Origin: a virus
Taxonomy: Duplodnaviria > Caudoviricetes
Length of the DNA: 64,000 bases
Strand: one strand, 5' to 3'
IMG/VR virus record: IMGVR_UViG_2627853700_000003
Location: 1-64,000 of that record
In this document: positions 30,023-40,253 of the stretch, one piece after another
Numbering within the stretch: position 1 is the stretch's first letter
Layout: every line of letters starts with the position of its first letter
Notes under the pieces: model-generated
Database searches by the model: none
The model's input: only the letters and a program-made list of their open reading frames with translations
What the model was told of the DNA's origin: nothing
Program-made: the position numbers and the translations under genes

Positions 30023-31183
30023 TTAAACTGCATTAAGTACAGATTTAGTGATTATTAAAGCTTCTTTAAGATCTTCTACCGAATTAAGTTGTTTATAATT
30101 CTTTTGCCCATCAAACTTTGTTGCATAGGCATCAGCTAGCTGGCGTTTCACTGCAGGTGGTTGGTCAGACACTAAAAACGTGATCTCATCTAAATAGGTC
30201 TGAGGATCATTTGCAGCTTTTTCAGCTGCCTCTTGGACTTTTTCCTCTCTGAGTTGTTCTTCCTCTTTTTTTATCTCATGTACAGTTCGATTAGTCTTTT
30301 TAATTTGGCCAAGCACCGCATTCTCGAATGTCTTTAAAAAGTTTTCTGCGCTATATTCAACTTTTTCAGGGAGTTCAGTATAACGTCCGCCTGCAATTTC
30401 AACATACTCAGATGGTCTAAAATACATCATAACTTTTGTGTCATGGAAGTTACTTGCCTTATCACGTCCTTTTTTATCTTTAATGTTATCTTCTAGTTCA
30501 TTGCCTTGTTTATCTAAAACAGACACTTCATTATGTAAGCAGCAGATTAGACTTGCCTGTGATTCAAATACTTTTCTTCCAGAGTTGGGCATCATTAATT
30601 GAACTGAATTATATTTCATTCCATCATACAGGGTGGTTTCTTTTTCTTTTGTCCAGGCCAGAAACATCAGTCCGTAGCCTGCATTTTTTAATGTGTCAAA
30701 AGGCTTTTTTAGTTCTTCATAAAGCGCTGTCCATCCGTTTTCTTTACCATTAGTTGACTCAGAAATATCTTGAAGGGACTCAAAAGTTTTCCCATAGCGT
30801 TTATTTCTATCGTACAGAATCCAAGCTGTACAAGCATCGATTGCTCTATCTGCTGTATCTACTCCAATAAGTTTAACGATTCTCCCTGTCTTTGCCTCTT
30901 GAACTAATTCTGGGACAACTGTTTTTTTAAAGTAATCCCAAACTTTCCAAAGGTTTTTATCTGTTCCTTCATCATGGAGAGGAACGATGTTGTCTAGCTG
31001 CCAGGTCTCGTATCCGTCCTCAAAAGACAACAATAAAGCTTCTTCGGGGTTTGGATAGTGTAATTCAGTTACCTCTTTCCACAGACGTGTCTTACCTGTC
31101 TTATATCCTCCTGCTACTAGTGTCATGATCGATTGTAGTTCAACCTTTGGTGTGTTATTTTTAATTTTCTTACGGAAACTCAT
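30023..31183 (-). CDS. yorG: AAA_24/Sak4-like ATPase (recombination/annealing)
   Basis: GGYKTGKT Walker A, VDTAD; synteny. Confidence 0.75.
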   Translation of the reverse strand: MSFRKKIKNNTPKVELQSIMTLVAGGYKTGKTRLWKEVTELHYPNPEEALLLSFEDGYETWQLDNIVPLHDEGTDKNLWKVWDYFKKTVVPELVQEAKTGRIVKLIGVDTADRAIDACTAWILYDRNKRYGKTFESLQDISESTNGKENGWTALYEELKKPFDTLKNAGYGLMFLAWTKEKETTLYDGMKYNSVQLMMPNSGRKVFESQASLICCLHNEVSVLDKQGNELEDNIKDKKGRDKASNFHDTKVMMYFRPSEYVEIAGGRYTELPEKVEYSAENFLKTFENAVLGQIKKTNRTVHEIKKEEEQLREEKVQEAAEKAANDPQTYLDEITFLVSDQPPAVKRQLADAYATKFDGQKNYKQLNSVEDLKEALIITKSVLNAV

Positions 31184-31228
31184 TCAATCTCTCCTTATAA
31201 TTTAATTATTATTAAATCGCAACTTATC

Positions 31229-32566
31229 TTAGAAAGGCAGGTCATCATCGTCTACAGTTACTTCAGCGAAAGGATCTTCATTAGGTTTTTTCTCATTAGA
31301 AATCTCTTCCTCCGATAAGAATTCACTCTTCCAAGTACCGCCAATGTATCTCAATACTTCTAGACCCTTTCGAGTTCCAGTTGAGACTGTCTCAAAAGAA
31401 GCAACTTTTTCCCCTACATCTTCAAAAGGATTCTCTTCCTCTGATTCTGCAACTTGGACTTGTGTAAATTGTGCTCTGTTATTGTCGATCCCTTCAACAA
31501 CCAGAAAATCGCCTCTCTTTAAACCAACAAATGCATCTGCAAAAGGTTTTTTGCCTTCTTCTGGTTCTTTATAATAAACAATAAGCTCAACATCTTTTGG
31601 AACACTCTTTTCTTTCCCACGATCAAGATAAACTCCATTTACCTTTGTATCCTTTGTTTCTTCGTCTTGGTATGTACTCTTAATCCCTAGCTGCATTTCA
31701 AATTTGTTATGTTCTTTAAAATCTTCAGAAGCAAAGTCTCTTACATAAGGCACATAATTGTATTTGCCATCTGCTTCTACTACTCTAACTTCACTTTGAA
31801 TATTATTTGACACCTTAATTTTGTCTGTTTCTACAACTCCATCAGTGTAACTTACTTTAAACCGCTGCCCCTCACCATCGTCTGTTACCTTTGCAATGAA
31901 TAGGTCTCCACCGGAAGGATCCAGCCAACCTACCTTAACTTTCGCCACACCTTCTTTCGCTTTTCCACTACCGAGTTGGATTCCGTCTTGTTCTGAGTCA
32001 TACACATTAAACTGAGTTCCACTTTCCACGTCTTTAATTTCAACTTCTCCATTTTTCAAAGGAAAAACTCTGTTAATAATTCGTTTCACTAATTTAATTT
32101 CTTCTCCGTTGCCGTTTTCAAAAGTATCAAATTCGTACTGCCCTTGAACTTCAGCCCAGATACCAGGCTTAACGATTTTTGCAAATTGTTCTGCCATATC
32201 CCATTCTGGGGTAATCACATGATATGTCTCATCAGGTAGCTTTGTCTTGTCGTTACGATCTGCCCACGGGACTGTTACTGTTTTTTTATGTTTGGAGCTA
32301 TACGCATAAACTAAATCACGTTCCATTCCTGCAAGCTCAACTTTTAATTCATTATAAGGCGCAGTTTCGATACTGAATTGAAGTACTCTCCGATTCTTTT
32401 TAGTCTGGGTAACTGTCGTTTCGTAAATTTCAACATCATACCAACTGTCTGTTTCAGGATCTTTTTTTCTTACCGGCTTCACTAATCCAACAAATCTAAA
32501 ACTATTGGTAAACTCTTTACCACCATGTTTTTTATTAATCTTAATTTCATCTTTTTTCTTCACCAT
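31229..32566 (-). CDS. yorF: YorF-like, probable ssDNA-binding protein
   Basis: Acidic C-terminal tail DDDDLPF; synteny. Confidence 0.65.
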   Translation of the reverse strand: MVKKKDEIKINKKHGGKEFTNSFRFVGLVKPVRKKDPETDSWYDVEIYETTVTQTKKNRRVLQFSIETAPYNELKVELAGMERDLVYAYSSKHKKTVTVPWADRNDKTKLPDETYHVITPEWDMAEQFAKIVKPGIWAEVQGQYEFDTFENGNGEEIKLVKRIINRVFPLKNGEVEIKDVESGTQFNVYDSEQDGIQLGSGKAKEGVAKVKVGWLDPSGGDLFIAKVTDDGEGQRFKVSYTDGVVETDKIKVSNNIQSEVRVVEADGKYNYVPYVRDFASEDFKEHNKFEMQLGIKSTYQDEETKDTKVNGVYLDRGKEKSVPKDVELIVYYKEPEEGKKPFADAFVGLKRGDFLVVEGIDNNRAQFTQVQVAESEEENPFEDVGEKVASFETVSTGTRKGLEVLRYIGGTWKSEFLSEEEISNEKKPNEDPFAEVTVDDDDLPF

Positions 32567-32598
32567 TTAATAATCATCCTCTTTTTTTATTTTTAATT

Positions 32599-32955
32599 TC
32601 ATTTTTTCTTTGAATATGTAGTTTTACTGAACTTACAATCTTTAATCCCAAGTTCTTTATTTAACTCTATGTATCTCCTTTTAGGAAATTTCCAATTCAC
32701 TTGATCAACATCTTGGTCTTTCTTATTTAAAATTTCAAAGACCTGCTTTTTTCTATTTACCTTGATGATTAAATTGCCATATGCATACTCCGTGTAAAAT
32801 AACCGTTTCCTCACTCGACTAGGATGTGTTTCTTTAACTAAAGTGACATTTCGAATCATCTTTAATAACACTTGATCAGATGAAGTAGCATGATTATTTT
32901 TGACCGACTTTCGATATTGAGCCAAAGCTTTCTCAGTAATTCCGAGTACTAACAC
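32599..32955 (-). CDS. yorE: YorE-like protein, first gene of the replication operon
   Basis: SD AAAGGAGG; synteny. Confidence 0.6.
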   Translation of the reverse strand: MLVLGITEKALAQYRKSVKNNHATSSDQVLLKMIRNVTLVKETHPSRVRKRLFYTEYAYGNLIIKVNRKKQVFEILNKKDQDVDQVNWKFPKRRYIELNKELGIKDCKFSKTTYSKKK

Positions 32956-32986
32956 GGCTGTACCTCCTTTCCTTTAACTTGAATTT

Positions 32987-33015
32987 ATTATATACTTATT
33001 TTTTATATTTGTCTA
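32987..33015 (-). promoter_or_regulatory. sigmaA promoter TAGACA-17-TATAAT of the replication operon; SPBRE-like operator in the spacer and a second copy just upstream
   Basis: Direct reading; tandem TATACTTATTTTT copies at 32991 and 33023. Confidence 0.85.
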
Positions 33016-33058
33016 TTGTTTTTATACTTATTTTTCATTTTTATTTATTTATTAGGAC

Positions 33059-33091
33059 TGCAAGGCTTCAGATATCTATCGAAACCCTGCA
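33059..33091 (-). terminator. Hairpin after yorC
   Basis: TGCAGGGTTTC...GAAGCCTTGCA stem on the minus strand. Confidence 0.45.
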
Positions 33092-33105
33092 ATTAAAATG
33101 GATTA

Positions 33106-33483
33106 TTAAATAACCTCACTCCAAGACCACATGTTCATTGTTTGCAGCGTAAACCCATCAGGAAGCTTTTTCATTTTAACATTCACGTTATATCTCTTCC
33201 CAGTAGTCTTATGGATCACAGCAAGTTCTTCGCCATCATAGAACCGCACAATTGCTTCATTAAATTCAATTGGCTGATCAATCACATAACCTTCTTTAAG
33301 TGCCCTGATATACAGATAGGGATCTGTCTTATAAAGCTCATATAGTCTATTGCCAAAGTCTTCGTGTTTATCTCTAAGCAGATTAAAATTAATTAGGGAT
33401 ATGTACAGTTTTTCAGATAAGCTCAGCTTGTTCTTGAAATACCGGATTGCTTCATCTTGTTCTTTGCTTAAAATATTGGCCAT
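33106..33483 (-). CDS. yorC: YorC-like protein
   Basis: 125 aa, synteny. Confidence 0.6.
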   Translation of the reverse strand: MANILSKEQDEAIRYFKNKLSLSEKLYISLINFNLLRDKHEDFGNRLYELYKTDPYLYIRALKEGYVIDQPIEFNEAIVRFYDGEELAVIHKTTGKRYNVNVKMKKLPDGFTLQTMNMWSWSEVI

Positions 33484-33504
33484 TTATCCATCTCCCTGTT
33501 CAGA

Positions 33505-34221
33505 CTATACACTAATTGTGTTTAAAATTTTTCCGTTATTATCTATGACAAGACCATTTAATTGGCCACCAAAAACAGCTCCTCCATCAATTGCTATGTT
33601 CGTTCCACAATTACTGATCCAAACATTATTATTTGTTTGACTGTTATGCATAAATTGAGTGGGAGTATGTCCAAACACAATGTGTTTATTTGTTTCGTTT
33701 TTGTGATTCCAATGACCTCTTGTCCAAAGAAAATCTTTCACATCTCCTTGTTTCCAGTCGGATATGAAAGGATTGATACCGGCATGAACAAAAAGGACAT
33801 TCCCGAATTCTTGAAACAATGGCAGGTCTCTAATAAATTCAATCTCATTTGTTTTAAGGGACATTTTATGTGCTTTAACTTCATAACTGTGAAAATATGT
33901 ATCAGCTTCTTCAATAAAGCTCTCATATGTTTTATTTCCACCATTATTGAAGTACCAGGAGCCTGTTCCATAATCCCTTTCCTGTAAAAACATCATTAGC
34001 ATATCTTCATGGTTGCCTTTTAAAACCACTACTTGCTCGCCATAATCTTGTCTAAGCTGCATAGCTTTCTGAACAACTTTGAGTGAATCATTGCCCCTAT
34101 CAATTAAATCGCCCATAATAATTAAATTCATTGAATCAGGATCCCAATGTTGTAGTAACTCAATAAACTTTTCATACTCTCCATGAATATCGCTTACAGC
34201 AAATGTTGTTTCATACTTCAA
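33505..34221 (-). CDS. PPP-family Ser/Thr protein phosphatase-like metallophosphoesterase
   Basis: SDIHG, GDLIDRG, GNHE, VHAG, FGHT, IDGG. Confidence 0.9.
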   Translation of the reverse strand: MKYETTFAVSDIHGEYEKFIELLQHWDPDSMNLIIMGDLIDRGNDSLKVVQKAMQLRQDYGEQVVVLKGNHEDMLMMFLQERDYGTGSWYFNNGGNKTYESFIEEADTYFHSYEVKAHKMSLKTNEIEFIRDLPLFQEFGNVLFVHAGINPFISDWKQGDVKDFLWTRGHWNHKNETNKHIVFGHTPTQFMHNSQTNNNVWISNCGTNIAIDGGAVFGGQLNGLVIDNNGKILNTISV

Positions 34222-34259
34222 TAAACCATCTCCTAATCTTGTTAAAACTACAGTTTTAT

Positions 34260-36002
34260 TTAGACCACAATATCTCCTTCTGCAGTCTTCAGCGTTCCAC
34301 TGTCATATGTGTTATAAATTAAGGTTGTATTCTTTGCTTTATCTGTGCAATATGGGTGGGATAATAACTTGCCACCAATTCCGCGCACATCGTTTCTTAC
34401 GAGACGTACCTTGTTTGTATTCTCTAAATAAACGCCATATCCTTGGTCTGCTGAACGATTGAACATGATCTCATTATCCTTTAATATATGTTCTGAACCG
34501 CCAGTCAGTTGGATGGCTATCAATGATTTACAGAAATAAATCTGATTTTCACTAATTTGGCAACTATATTTATCAGGAGTGCCTTTAATTGCAACATTCC
34601 TAGGCTCATGAATTTCATTTCGATGTAGTGAGACAGAAGAGTCTTTATCCCAAAAGATGCCGTACCCACTTCCACTTAACAACAAGTCATTTCCCTTTAA
34701 ACGAACTGACTGAGACCTTTCGCAATAAATTCCACCATATACATTAGCAAACTCATTATTAACGAGACTGACTCGGCTAGAGTCCATTATCTTTGCAGCA
34801 TATGATGAGCTCGTTCCTTTTCCTTTGGTATTCACAACCTTAATATCATTTGAGTTCCTAACCTGGACTTGGACACAATCACTGTTTTCTATCCTGTTGT
34901 CCGTAAATAAAAAGTCCTCTGCTTGATGTGTTGCAATAGGGCATGCTTTTATTTTTTCAAAAGTATTATTTGATACTGTGCCACCCTTTCCTCTTACACA
35001 AATGCCCACTTCAAAGCCACTAATCGTATTGCCATCAATTTGAACTCTGTTTCCAGACTCAGTACTTGAAACACCTACCGAATCAATCCCATATGTCTTA
35101 ATTTCCTTTTCATTGATGATCTTGTTATTTTTGATACTGACATCCGTGCTATATCCATAGGAAATAACATGGTCGCTGTAGTTTCCTTCAATAATTACCT
35201 TGCCGCTTGTGTGAGCTGTAACGGATCCACGTCCATTATTTTTAAACCTGCAGTTTCGCACAGTTAATTTATAGGGGTGATCGTATTTAATTCCGTTTTC
35301 TCCAAAGCCCTCTAAATCAATTCCTAATTGTGGCCCAATTGTATCTCCCCCAGCTTCTTCTATATCACAGTCATCGACAAGAAGACCTTCACAACCATTG
35401 GTAGCCAGATTATTTCTTCTTCCTCTTAAAAGCGTACACTTTCGAACGGTTACATTCTTTGAGGGCGTATATGTTCCTGAAGTGTTCATCATTCCATCAG
35501 CCGCTATCCAAATGTTGTCTCCAATACAGTCAGAAACTTGTACATTTTCAATTAGCACATTGCTACTTCCATTAACATGGATACCAAAGCCCCATTCATG
35601 CGTCTTCTTAATTGAGGTAATTTTTGAATAATCATGCTCATGTCGATCCCCAATAATTTGACCGCCACGAATCGTAACATTACTTGCTTGGCCGATATAA
35701 AAACAGGAGTAACCCTGATAATCATTTGGCTGCACTTTAAATATAGCCTCTGGATGAAGTATTAGCTCAATATTCGAAGGAACATTGATACCTCCACCGA
35801 ATTCAGGTAACCGCTTTGACGTATTCACTGCATCAATTAGGTAGATACCTTTTGGAACATATACTTTATAGAATGATTTTGAGCATGCATACTCTAAAGC
35901 TCGGTTTAATCCTTCTGTTGTTTCAATTGCATTTGACCCTTTATCATCAATTCCCCAATCCAGAGCATCAACAAAATAGTATAAGGGCTGTTGCATGTTC
36001 AT
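34260..36002 (-). CDS. yorA: Right-handed beta-helix (pectin lyase-like) protein
   Basis: VYVPKGIY, repeated PbH1-type segments. Confidence 0.85.
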   Translation of the reverse strand: MNMQQPLYYFVDALDWGIDDKGSNAIETTEGLNRALEYACSKSFYKVYVPKGIYLIDAVNTSKRLPEFGGGINVPSNIELILHPEAIFKVQPNDYQGYSCFYIGQASNVTIRGGQIIGDRHEHDYSKITSIKKTHEWGFGIHVNGSSNVLIENVQVSDCIGDNIWIAADGMMNTSGTYTPSKNVTVRKCTLLRGRRNNLATNGCEGLLVDDCDIEEAGGDTIGPQLGIDLEGFGENGIKYDHPYKLTVRNCRFKNNGRGSVTAHTSGKVIIEGNYSDHVISYGYSTDVSIKNNKIINEKEIKTYGIDSVGVSSTESGNRVQIDGNTISGFEVGICVRGKGGTVSNNTFEKIKACPIATHQAEDFLFTDNRIENSDCVQVQVRNSNDIKVVNTKGKGTSSSYAAKIMDSSRVSLVNNEFANVYGGIYCERSQSVRLKGNDLLLSGSGYGIFWDKDSSVSLHRNEIHEPRNVAIKGTPDKYSCQISENQIYFCKSLIAIQLTGGSEHILKDNEIMFNRSADQGYGVYLENTNKVRLVRNDVRGIGGKLLSHPYCTDKAKNTTLIYNTYDSGTLKTAEGDIVV

Positions 36003-36820
36003 GTTGTCAAACCCTTCCCTTCTACATTTTCATTGAGAAACCCTGATAGAGTGTCAATGAAGTTATAAAAAGTCTCATTTCTTGTACCAGAGCGTCCTTT
36101 CAGAGAAAAGGTGTTGAACATTGATTTGCGTAGTCCAGTGCTCAATTCCAGTTGAATGCTCTTTCCTGTTTTATTTTTATTGGCCACGTTATTTGGACTG
36201 CTACCGGATAACCTTGTCCCCTCATCAAGAAGCTCTGCAGAGTAGCCGGCATTATTTAATGTGATTGTTATCGCTTCAGCTTTGTTCCGATCTGTGCCGC
36301 CAACTAAAACATGTTGATCATTGCTTGCGTAGCCGTGAAGTGACAGTGTGAACTCATGCTCCTTCAACATTTCAAGTGCTTGAGGTTCATCGAAATTTGT
36401 ACTGGTTAAATGTAAATCAAATGCTCCTGGTGTCTTTAAAGCTTCAAAAAGATATGTAGAGTATGTTTCGCTTAATTCCTTTGCAAGCTCGCTTGTTCCC
36501 CCTTCTATACCACCTCCATGGGGAGCAAGAATTAATACATCAGAGTCTTGCTCTTTTGAAAATACGCTAAAATTGAACGGTGATTCATTCGCTTTAAGCT
36601 CTTCAAAGTTCCGATACTTGTCCGCTGCTAAAATACTCACTGGATTCAGGAATGAGACCAGAGCTGTCACCAAGAATGGAAAAGTCTTCTTAACTATGTT
36701 ATACTTTAATAGCTTCACTTCGCGGTGAGGTGGGCAGATTAGAGTGTACCGTCCAAAGTCTCTCTTCTCTGCTCCTTTAGTCTTTTTTAGCAATTCCACT
36801 ATTCTGTTTTTAATCTTCAA
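35999..36820 (-). CDS. yoqZ: Poly-gamma-glutamate hydrolase
   Basis: APHGGGIEGGTSE, HLTSTNFDEP, SLHG, QLELS. Confidence 0.9.
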   Translation of the reverse strand: MKIKNRIVELLKKTKGAEKRDFGRYTLICPPHREVKLLKYNIVKKTFPFLVTALVSFLNPVSILAADKYRNFEELKANESPFNFSVFSKEQDSDVLILAPHGGGIEGGTSELAKELSETYSTYLFEALKTPGAFDLHLTSTNFDEPQALEMLKEHEFTLSLHGYASNDQHVLVGGTDRNKAEAITITLNNAGYSAELLDEGTRLSGSSPNNVANKNKTGKSIQLELSTGLRKSMFNTFSLKGRSGTRNETFYNFIDTLSGFLNENVEGKGLTT

Positions 36821-36930
36821 TTAAATAAACACTCCTTTTATTTTTATTCTTATAAACTTCAGATAGCTGAAATAAATTACATCTCAATCACCTCCTTTTA
36901 AGTTAAAAATCACTTTTAACGCACGCTATC

Positions 36931-37167
36931 TCAAAATTTTGTTTTAAATTTATCGCATACTACACCATAGTATTTAAAATATTGCTGATGATTAGCTTTT
37001 TCCAATAAAGTTATGAACTCATCTCCATGTTGTTTTCTCGCTGAGGAATGTCTTAGGTCGGCAATGTTTATTTCTTGTGCTTTTACACTATGAATAAACT
37101 GTTTTACTTGATTAATCAATCTTTTGGGAACTGTTCCGTCTTCAATCATTAATTCAAGCTCTATCAA
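36931..37167 (-). CDS. Hypothetical protein
   Basis: ORF track. Confidence 0.45.
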   Translation of the reverse strand: MIELELMIEDGTVPKRLINQVKQFIHSVKAQEINIADLRHSSARKQHGDEFITLLEKANHQQYFKYYGVVCDKFKTKF

Positions 37168-37223
37168 AGTACGATTTGTTCTATCTATATTGCTTCACTC
37201 CATTCCTCTATAAAATATCGTTT

Positions 37224-37496
37224 TTATTCAGTTTCTTTTCTTACCCATTTTCTAACCTTAACTTCCTTAAGCTCAACTTCAAAACACTCAACCTGGTCAT
37301 CGTATTCCCACGGTCTCTCCTCTTGTAACTCTGTAGCGCCTTCCCTGTAAGTTGTCTCATAAAACTTGTCTTGATATGCAAACACAATACGATAATGAAT
37401 ACTCCACCTAGACGTATCAGTGATTTCTTCTAAAATTGAGGATTCAGGTAGCCCCAATTCATTTACCATGTAATCTTTGTCCAATTTAATTTTCAT
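37224..37496 (-). CDS. Hypothetical phage protein
   Basis: ORF track; coupled. Confidence 0.6.
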   Translation of the reverse strand: MKIKLDKDYMVNELGLPESSILEEITDTSRWSIHYRIVFAYQDKFYETTYREGATELQEERPWEYDDQVECFEVELKEVKVRKWVRKETE

Positions 37497-38376
37497 TCAA
37501 AATAACCCCTCTTCCTTTGCAGCATTCACATTCGACTAAAGGCTCGTTGATTTTAGCCATCAGATCATCTAAAAATTTCTTAATATTACTCTTCAAATCC
37601 TCAACGTCCTTACCACTAAAAGGCTCTACAATTGGGTAGCTCTGATAGGCTTTAGGTGCAACATTGTAAATTTCAACTTCCCGCTTTGTTTGAAATCTTT
37701 TCTCAAGTTTAGGCTTTCTTCGTTTGTACATTGCATTAAGATCAACTACATACTCGTGAGGTTTGTAAAGCTCCAAAACTTTGACCACAGTTAAACAGAA
37801 ATCATAATCACTCGTGATTCTTGCCAATTTAGGGTTAATATTGGCTTTAATATGGTTTCTGATAATCTTATAACTTTCTTCTCGGGACAAGTAACACGGC
37901 TTTGTTTCAAGAAGCATTGGATGAGTTTGAATCCTATCCAGTAAGTTATAATTCAAGTTAAAATTATGGCTTTGCAACTTAAGTTCTCCGTCAATTTCTT
38001 CAATTACATTCATTTCAAACTCAATTTTTTGATTCTCTTGCGGGACTTCTTCAAATTTTAAATCATATAGACCCTTCACTTCATAGTATTCACTGTCTTC
38101 ACCTATGTAAGAAGTTTTAATTACTTGTGGCGTCAAATCAGTTTCCTGGAATCCCTCTTTTAATTCATACCTATAATTGATTTTTTTAGCCGGCATTTGT
38201 TTTTCAATAACACTTGGCTCCTTATCAAGCTTAAACCAGTCTGATTTATACGTTTGGGTTGCTCGTTTCCCATCGAAAAACAATTCATCTAATTGACTAT
38301 GAAAATATTTATTTCCTTCAATATTGTCAGACACCAAAAAACAGTTACTTGTTTTAATACCAATTAGCTTCATCAA
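37486..38376 (-). CDS. Conserved-looking hypothetical phage protein with C-terminal C..CKGRG
   Basis: 296-aa ORF. Confidence 0.7.
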   Translation of the reverse strand: MMKLIGIKTSNCFLVSDNIEGNKYFHSQLDELFFDGKRATQTYKSDWFKLDKEPSVIEKQMPAKKINYRYELKEGFQETDLTPQVIKTSYIGEDSEYYEVKGLYDLKFEEVPQENQKIEFEMNVIEEIDGELKLQSHNFNLNYNLLDRIQTHPMLLETKPCYLSREESYKIIRNHIKANINPKLARITSDYDFCLTVVKVLELYKPHEYVVDLNAMYKRRKPKLEKRFQTKREVEIYNVAPKAYQSYPIVEPFSGKDVEDLKSNIKKFLDDLMAKINEPLVECECCKGRGVILNEN

Positions 38377-38421
38377 ATTTCCCCTTTTTAATTTTATTTT
38401 TATCCTTATAAAATCTCTGTT

Positions 38422-38910
38422 TTATTTAGATTCGAAAAGCTCAGTATCTTCGTAAATATTACCGATTACTTCATAACTGATGACAGTCGGGTCTGATTCG
38501 CTTTTTAACCAACTCAAAGCATTCATCTCACAATCAATCCAAGGCCTTAAATCAAATGCTGGATAGTTTTCGCTATCCAAGAATTTAACTTCTCCAACGT
38601 AATAAGGTTCTTCAGCCCATGTGGTGTCGAAAGTAATCCGAATTATATCCCCTTCATAAATCTCCTTGCCGTTATTGTCCTTCAATCCGGTGTATTGTCG
38701 AACCGCTTTCAAACTTTTATCAGCAAACGAATATTCATCACCGTCTTTATCTGTAACGTAATCTATTTTTCCGTTATCAAAAGAAATGTCATGAACATCA
38801 ATAATTTCTTCGTAACTGTCTATACCTGCCCAATGCATATTAGAACCCAAATTGCTTAATGCATGTTTAACTACCAACGCCTGAAATTTAATATCTCTCA
38901 TTCTCTCCAC
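38422..38910 (-). CDS. YopX family protein
   Basis: QYTGLKDNNGKEIYEGDI...EVIGNIYE. Confidence 0.9.
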   Translation of the reverse strand: MERMRDIKFQALVVKHALSNLGSNMHWAGIDSYEEIIDVHDISFDNGKIDYVTDKDGDEYSFADKSLKAVRQYTGLKDNNGKEIYEGDIIRITFDTTWAEEPYYVGEVKFLDSENYPAFDLRPWIDCEMNALSWLKSESDPTVISYEVIGNIYEDTELFESK

Positions 38911-38916
38911 CTCCTG

Positions 38917-39231
38917 TTATTGTCTCCGCTCAAAACCGATATTAACGTTTGCTTGTTTAGGTCTGATAACTTCAACTGTGCTACCTCTGTCAGACAGCCT
39001 ACTTTTTAATTCCTTCATATCCTTGTATGGCGCTATTTGCAAGGTGCTCAGATCGATAAGAATAACTTCATGTTTATCTTTAGCGGCATACTCTCTGTCT
39101 AGTGTTCTAACAATGTATACATCAGCATCATCTATTTTAATGAAGTACCCGTCCTCTAAATCTTTCACCTTTGGCTTATCTGCTTTGTTCTTTCTAATCT
39201 TTAAATTGATCGCCATTATTCTCACATCCAC
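38917..39231 (-). CDS. Hypothetical phage protein
   Basis: ORF track. Confidence 0.55.
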   Translation of the reverse strand: MDVRIMAINLKIRKNKADKPKVKDLEDGYFIKIDDADVYIVRTLDREYAAKDKHEVILIDLSTLQIAPYKDMKELKSRLSDRGSTVEVIRPKQANVNIGFERRQ

Positions 39232-39481
39232 TTATTTTATTTTTATCAAATAAATCAATTATGTAGGCTTCGTACATCTCATCCCAATAAGGATCTGTTC
39301 TTGCTATGTATTTCTTTGCTTTTCCATTCTCCTCAATTTTAAAGGTTTGCCCCTTTTGGATATCCGTGAACTTCTCCTTTGTCCATATACCTCTAATCAA
39401 CACTTCAACTTCTTTTACCTCAACTGTTTGCCGCTGCATCACATTCCTCCTTTTTGATTTTCGTGTATCAAGCCTGTACAA
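39194..39481 (-). CDS. Hypothetical phage protein (likely start MQRQTVEV)
   Basis: SD AAGGAGG before the internal start. Confidence 0.55.
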   Translation of the reverse strand: MYRLDTRKSKRRNVMQRQTVEVKEVEVLIRGIWTKEKFTDIQKGQTFKIEENGKAKKYIARTDPYWDEMYEAYIIDLFDKNKISGCENNGDQFKD

Positions 39482-39500
39482 TATTCAAAAACCCTAAAGG

Positions 39501-40184
39501 ATGATGAACATGTGCGGCAGGTTCACTTTATTCTCTGAGTTTGACGACATTATCGAACAGTTCAATATAGATCAATTTTTGTCTGAAAACGAATACCATC
39601 CAAGCTATAACGTTGCTCCTTCACAAAACATCCTGACAATCATTAATGATGGATCAAACAACCGTATGGGTAAGCTTAGATGGGGTCTTATCCCTCCTTG
39701 GGCCAAAGATGAAAAGATCGGCTATAAAATGATCAATGCTCGAGCTGAGACATTGGCCGAGAAACCCAGCTTTCGAAAGCCACTCGTAAGCAAACGTTGT
39801 ATCATCCCAGCTGACAGTTTTTATGAATGGAAGCGTCTTGACCCAAAGACTAAGGTTCCTATGAGGATTAAACTTAAATCATCCAACCTCTTTGCATTTG
39901 CCGGCTTATATGAAAAGTGGAATACGCCAGAAGGCAATCCGCTATATACCTGCACAATCATTACTACAAAACCCAATGAGTTGATGGAGGACATCCATGA
40001 TCGGATGCCGGTCATTCTCACTGACAAGAACGAAAAGGAATGGCTAAACCCCAAAAACACCGATCCTGATTATCTTCAAAGCTTACTGCTTCCGTATGAT
40101 GCTAATGACATGGAAGCTTATCAAGTTTCATCCTTAGTTAACTCGCCTAAAAACAACTCACCGGAACTGATTGAATCCCATTAA
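39501..40184 (+). CDS. yoqW: SRAP abasic-site protecting protein
   Basis: MCGRF N-terminus, NARAET, FYEW, IHDRMP. Confidence 0.95.
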   Translation: MMNMCGRFTLFSEFDDIIEQFNIDQFLSENEYHPSYNVAPSQNILTIINDGSNNRMGKLRWGLIPPWAKDEKIGYKMINARAETLAEKPSFRKPLVSKRCIIPADSFYEWKRLDPKTKVPMRIKLKSSNLFAFAGLYEKWNTPEGNPLYTCTIITTKPNELMEDIHDRMPVILTDKNEKEWLNPKNTDPDYLQSLLLPYDANDMEAYQVSSLVNSPKNNSPELIESH

Positions 40185-40253
40185 GTACCACAGTCATTTT
40201 GCTTTATATATCACCTTCGCTTAGCTATTATGTTCTAAGTAGGAGGTGATATT

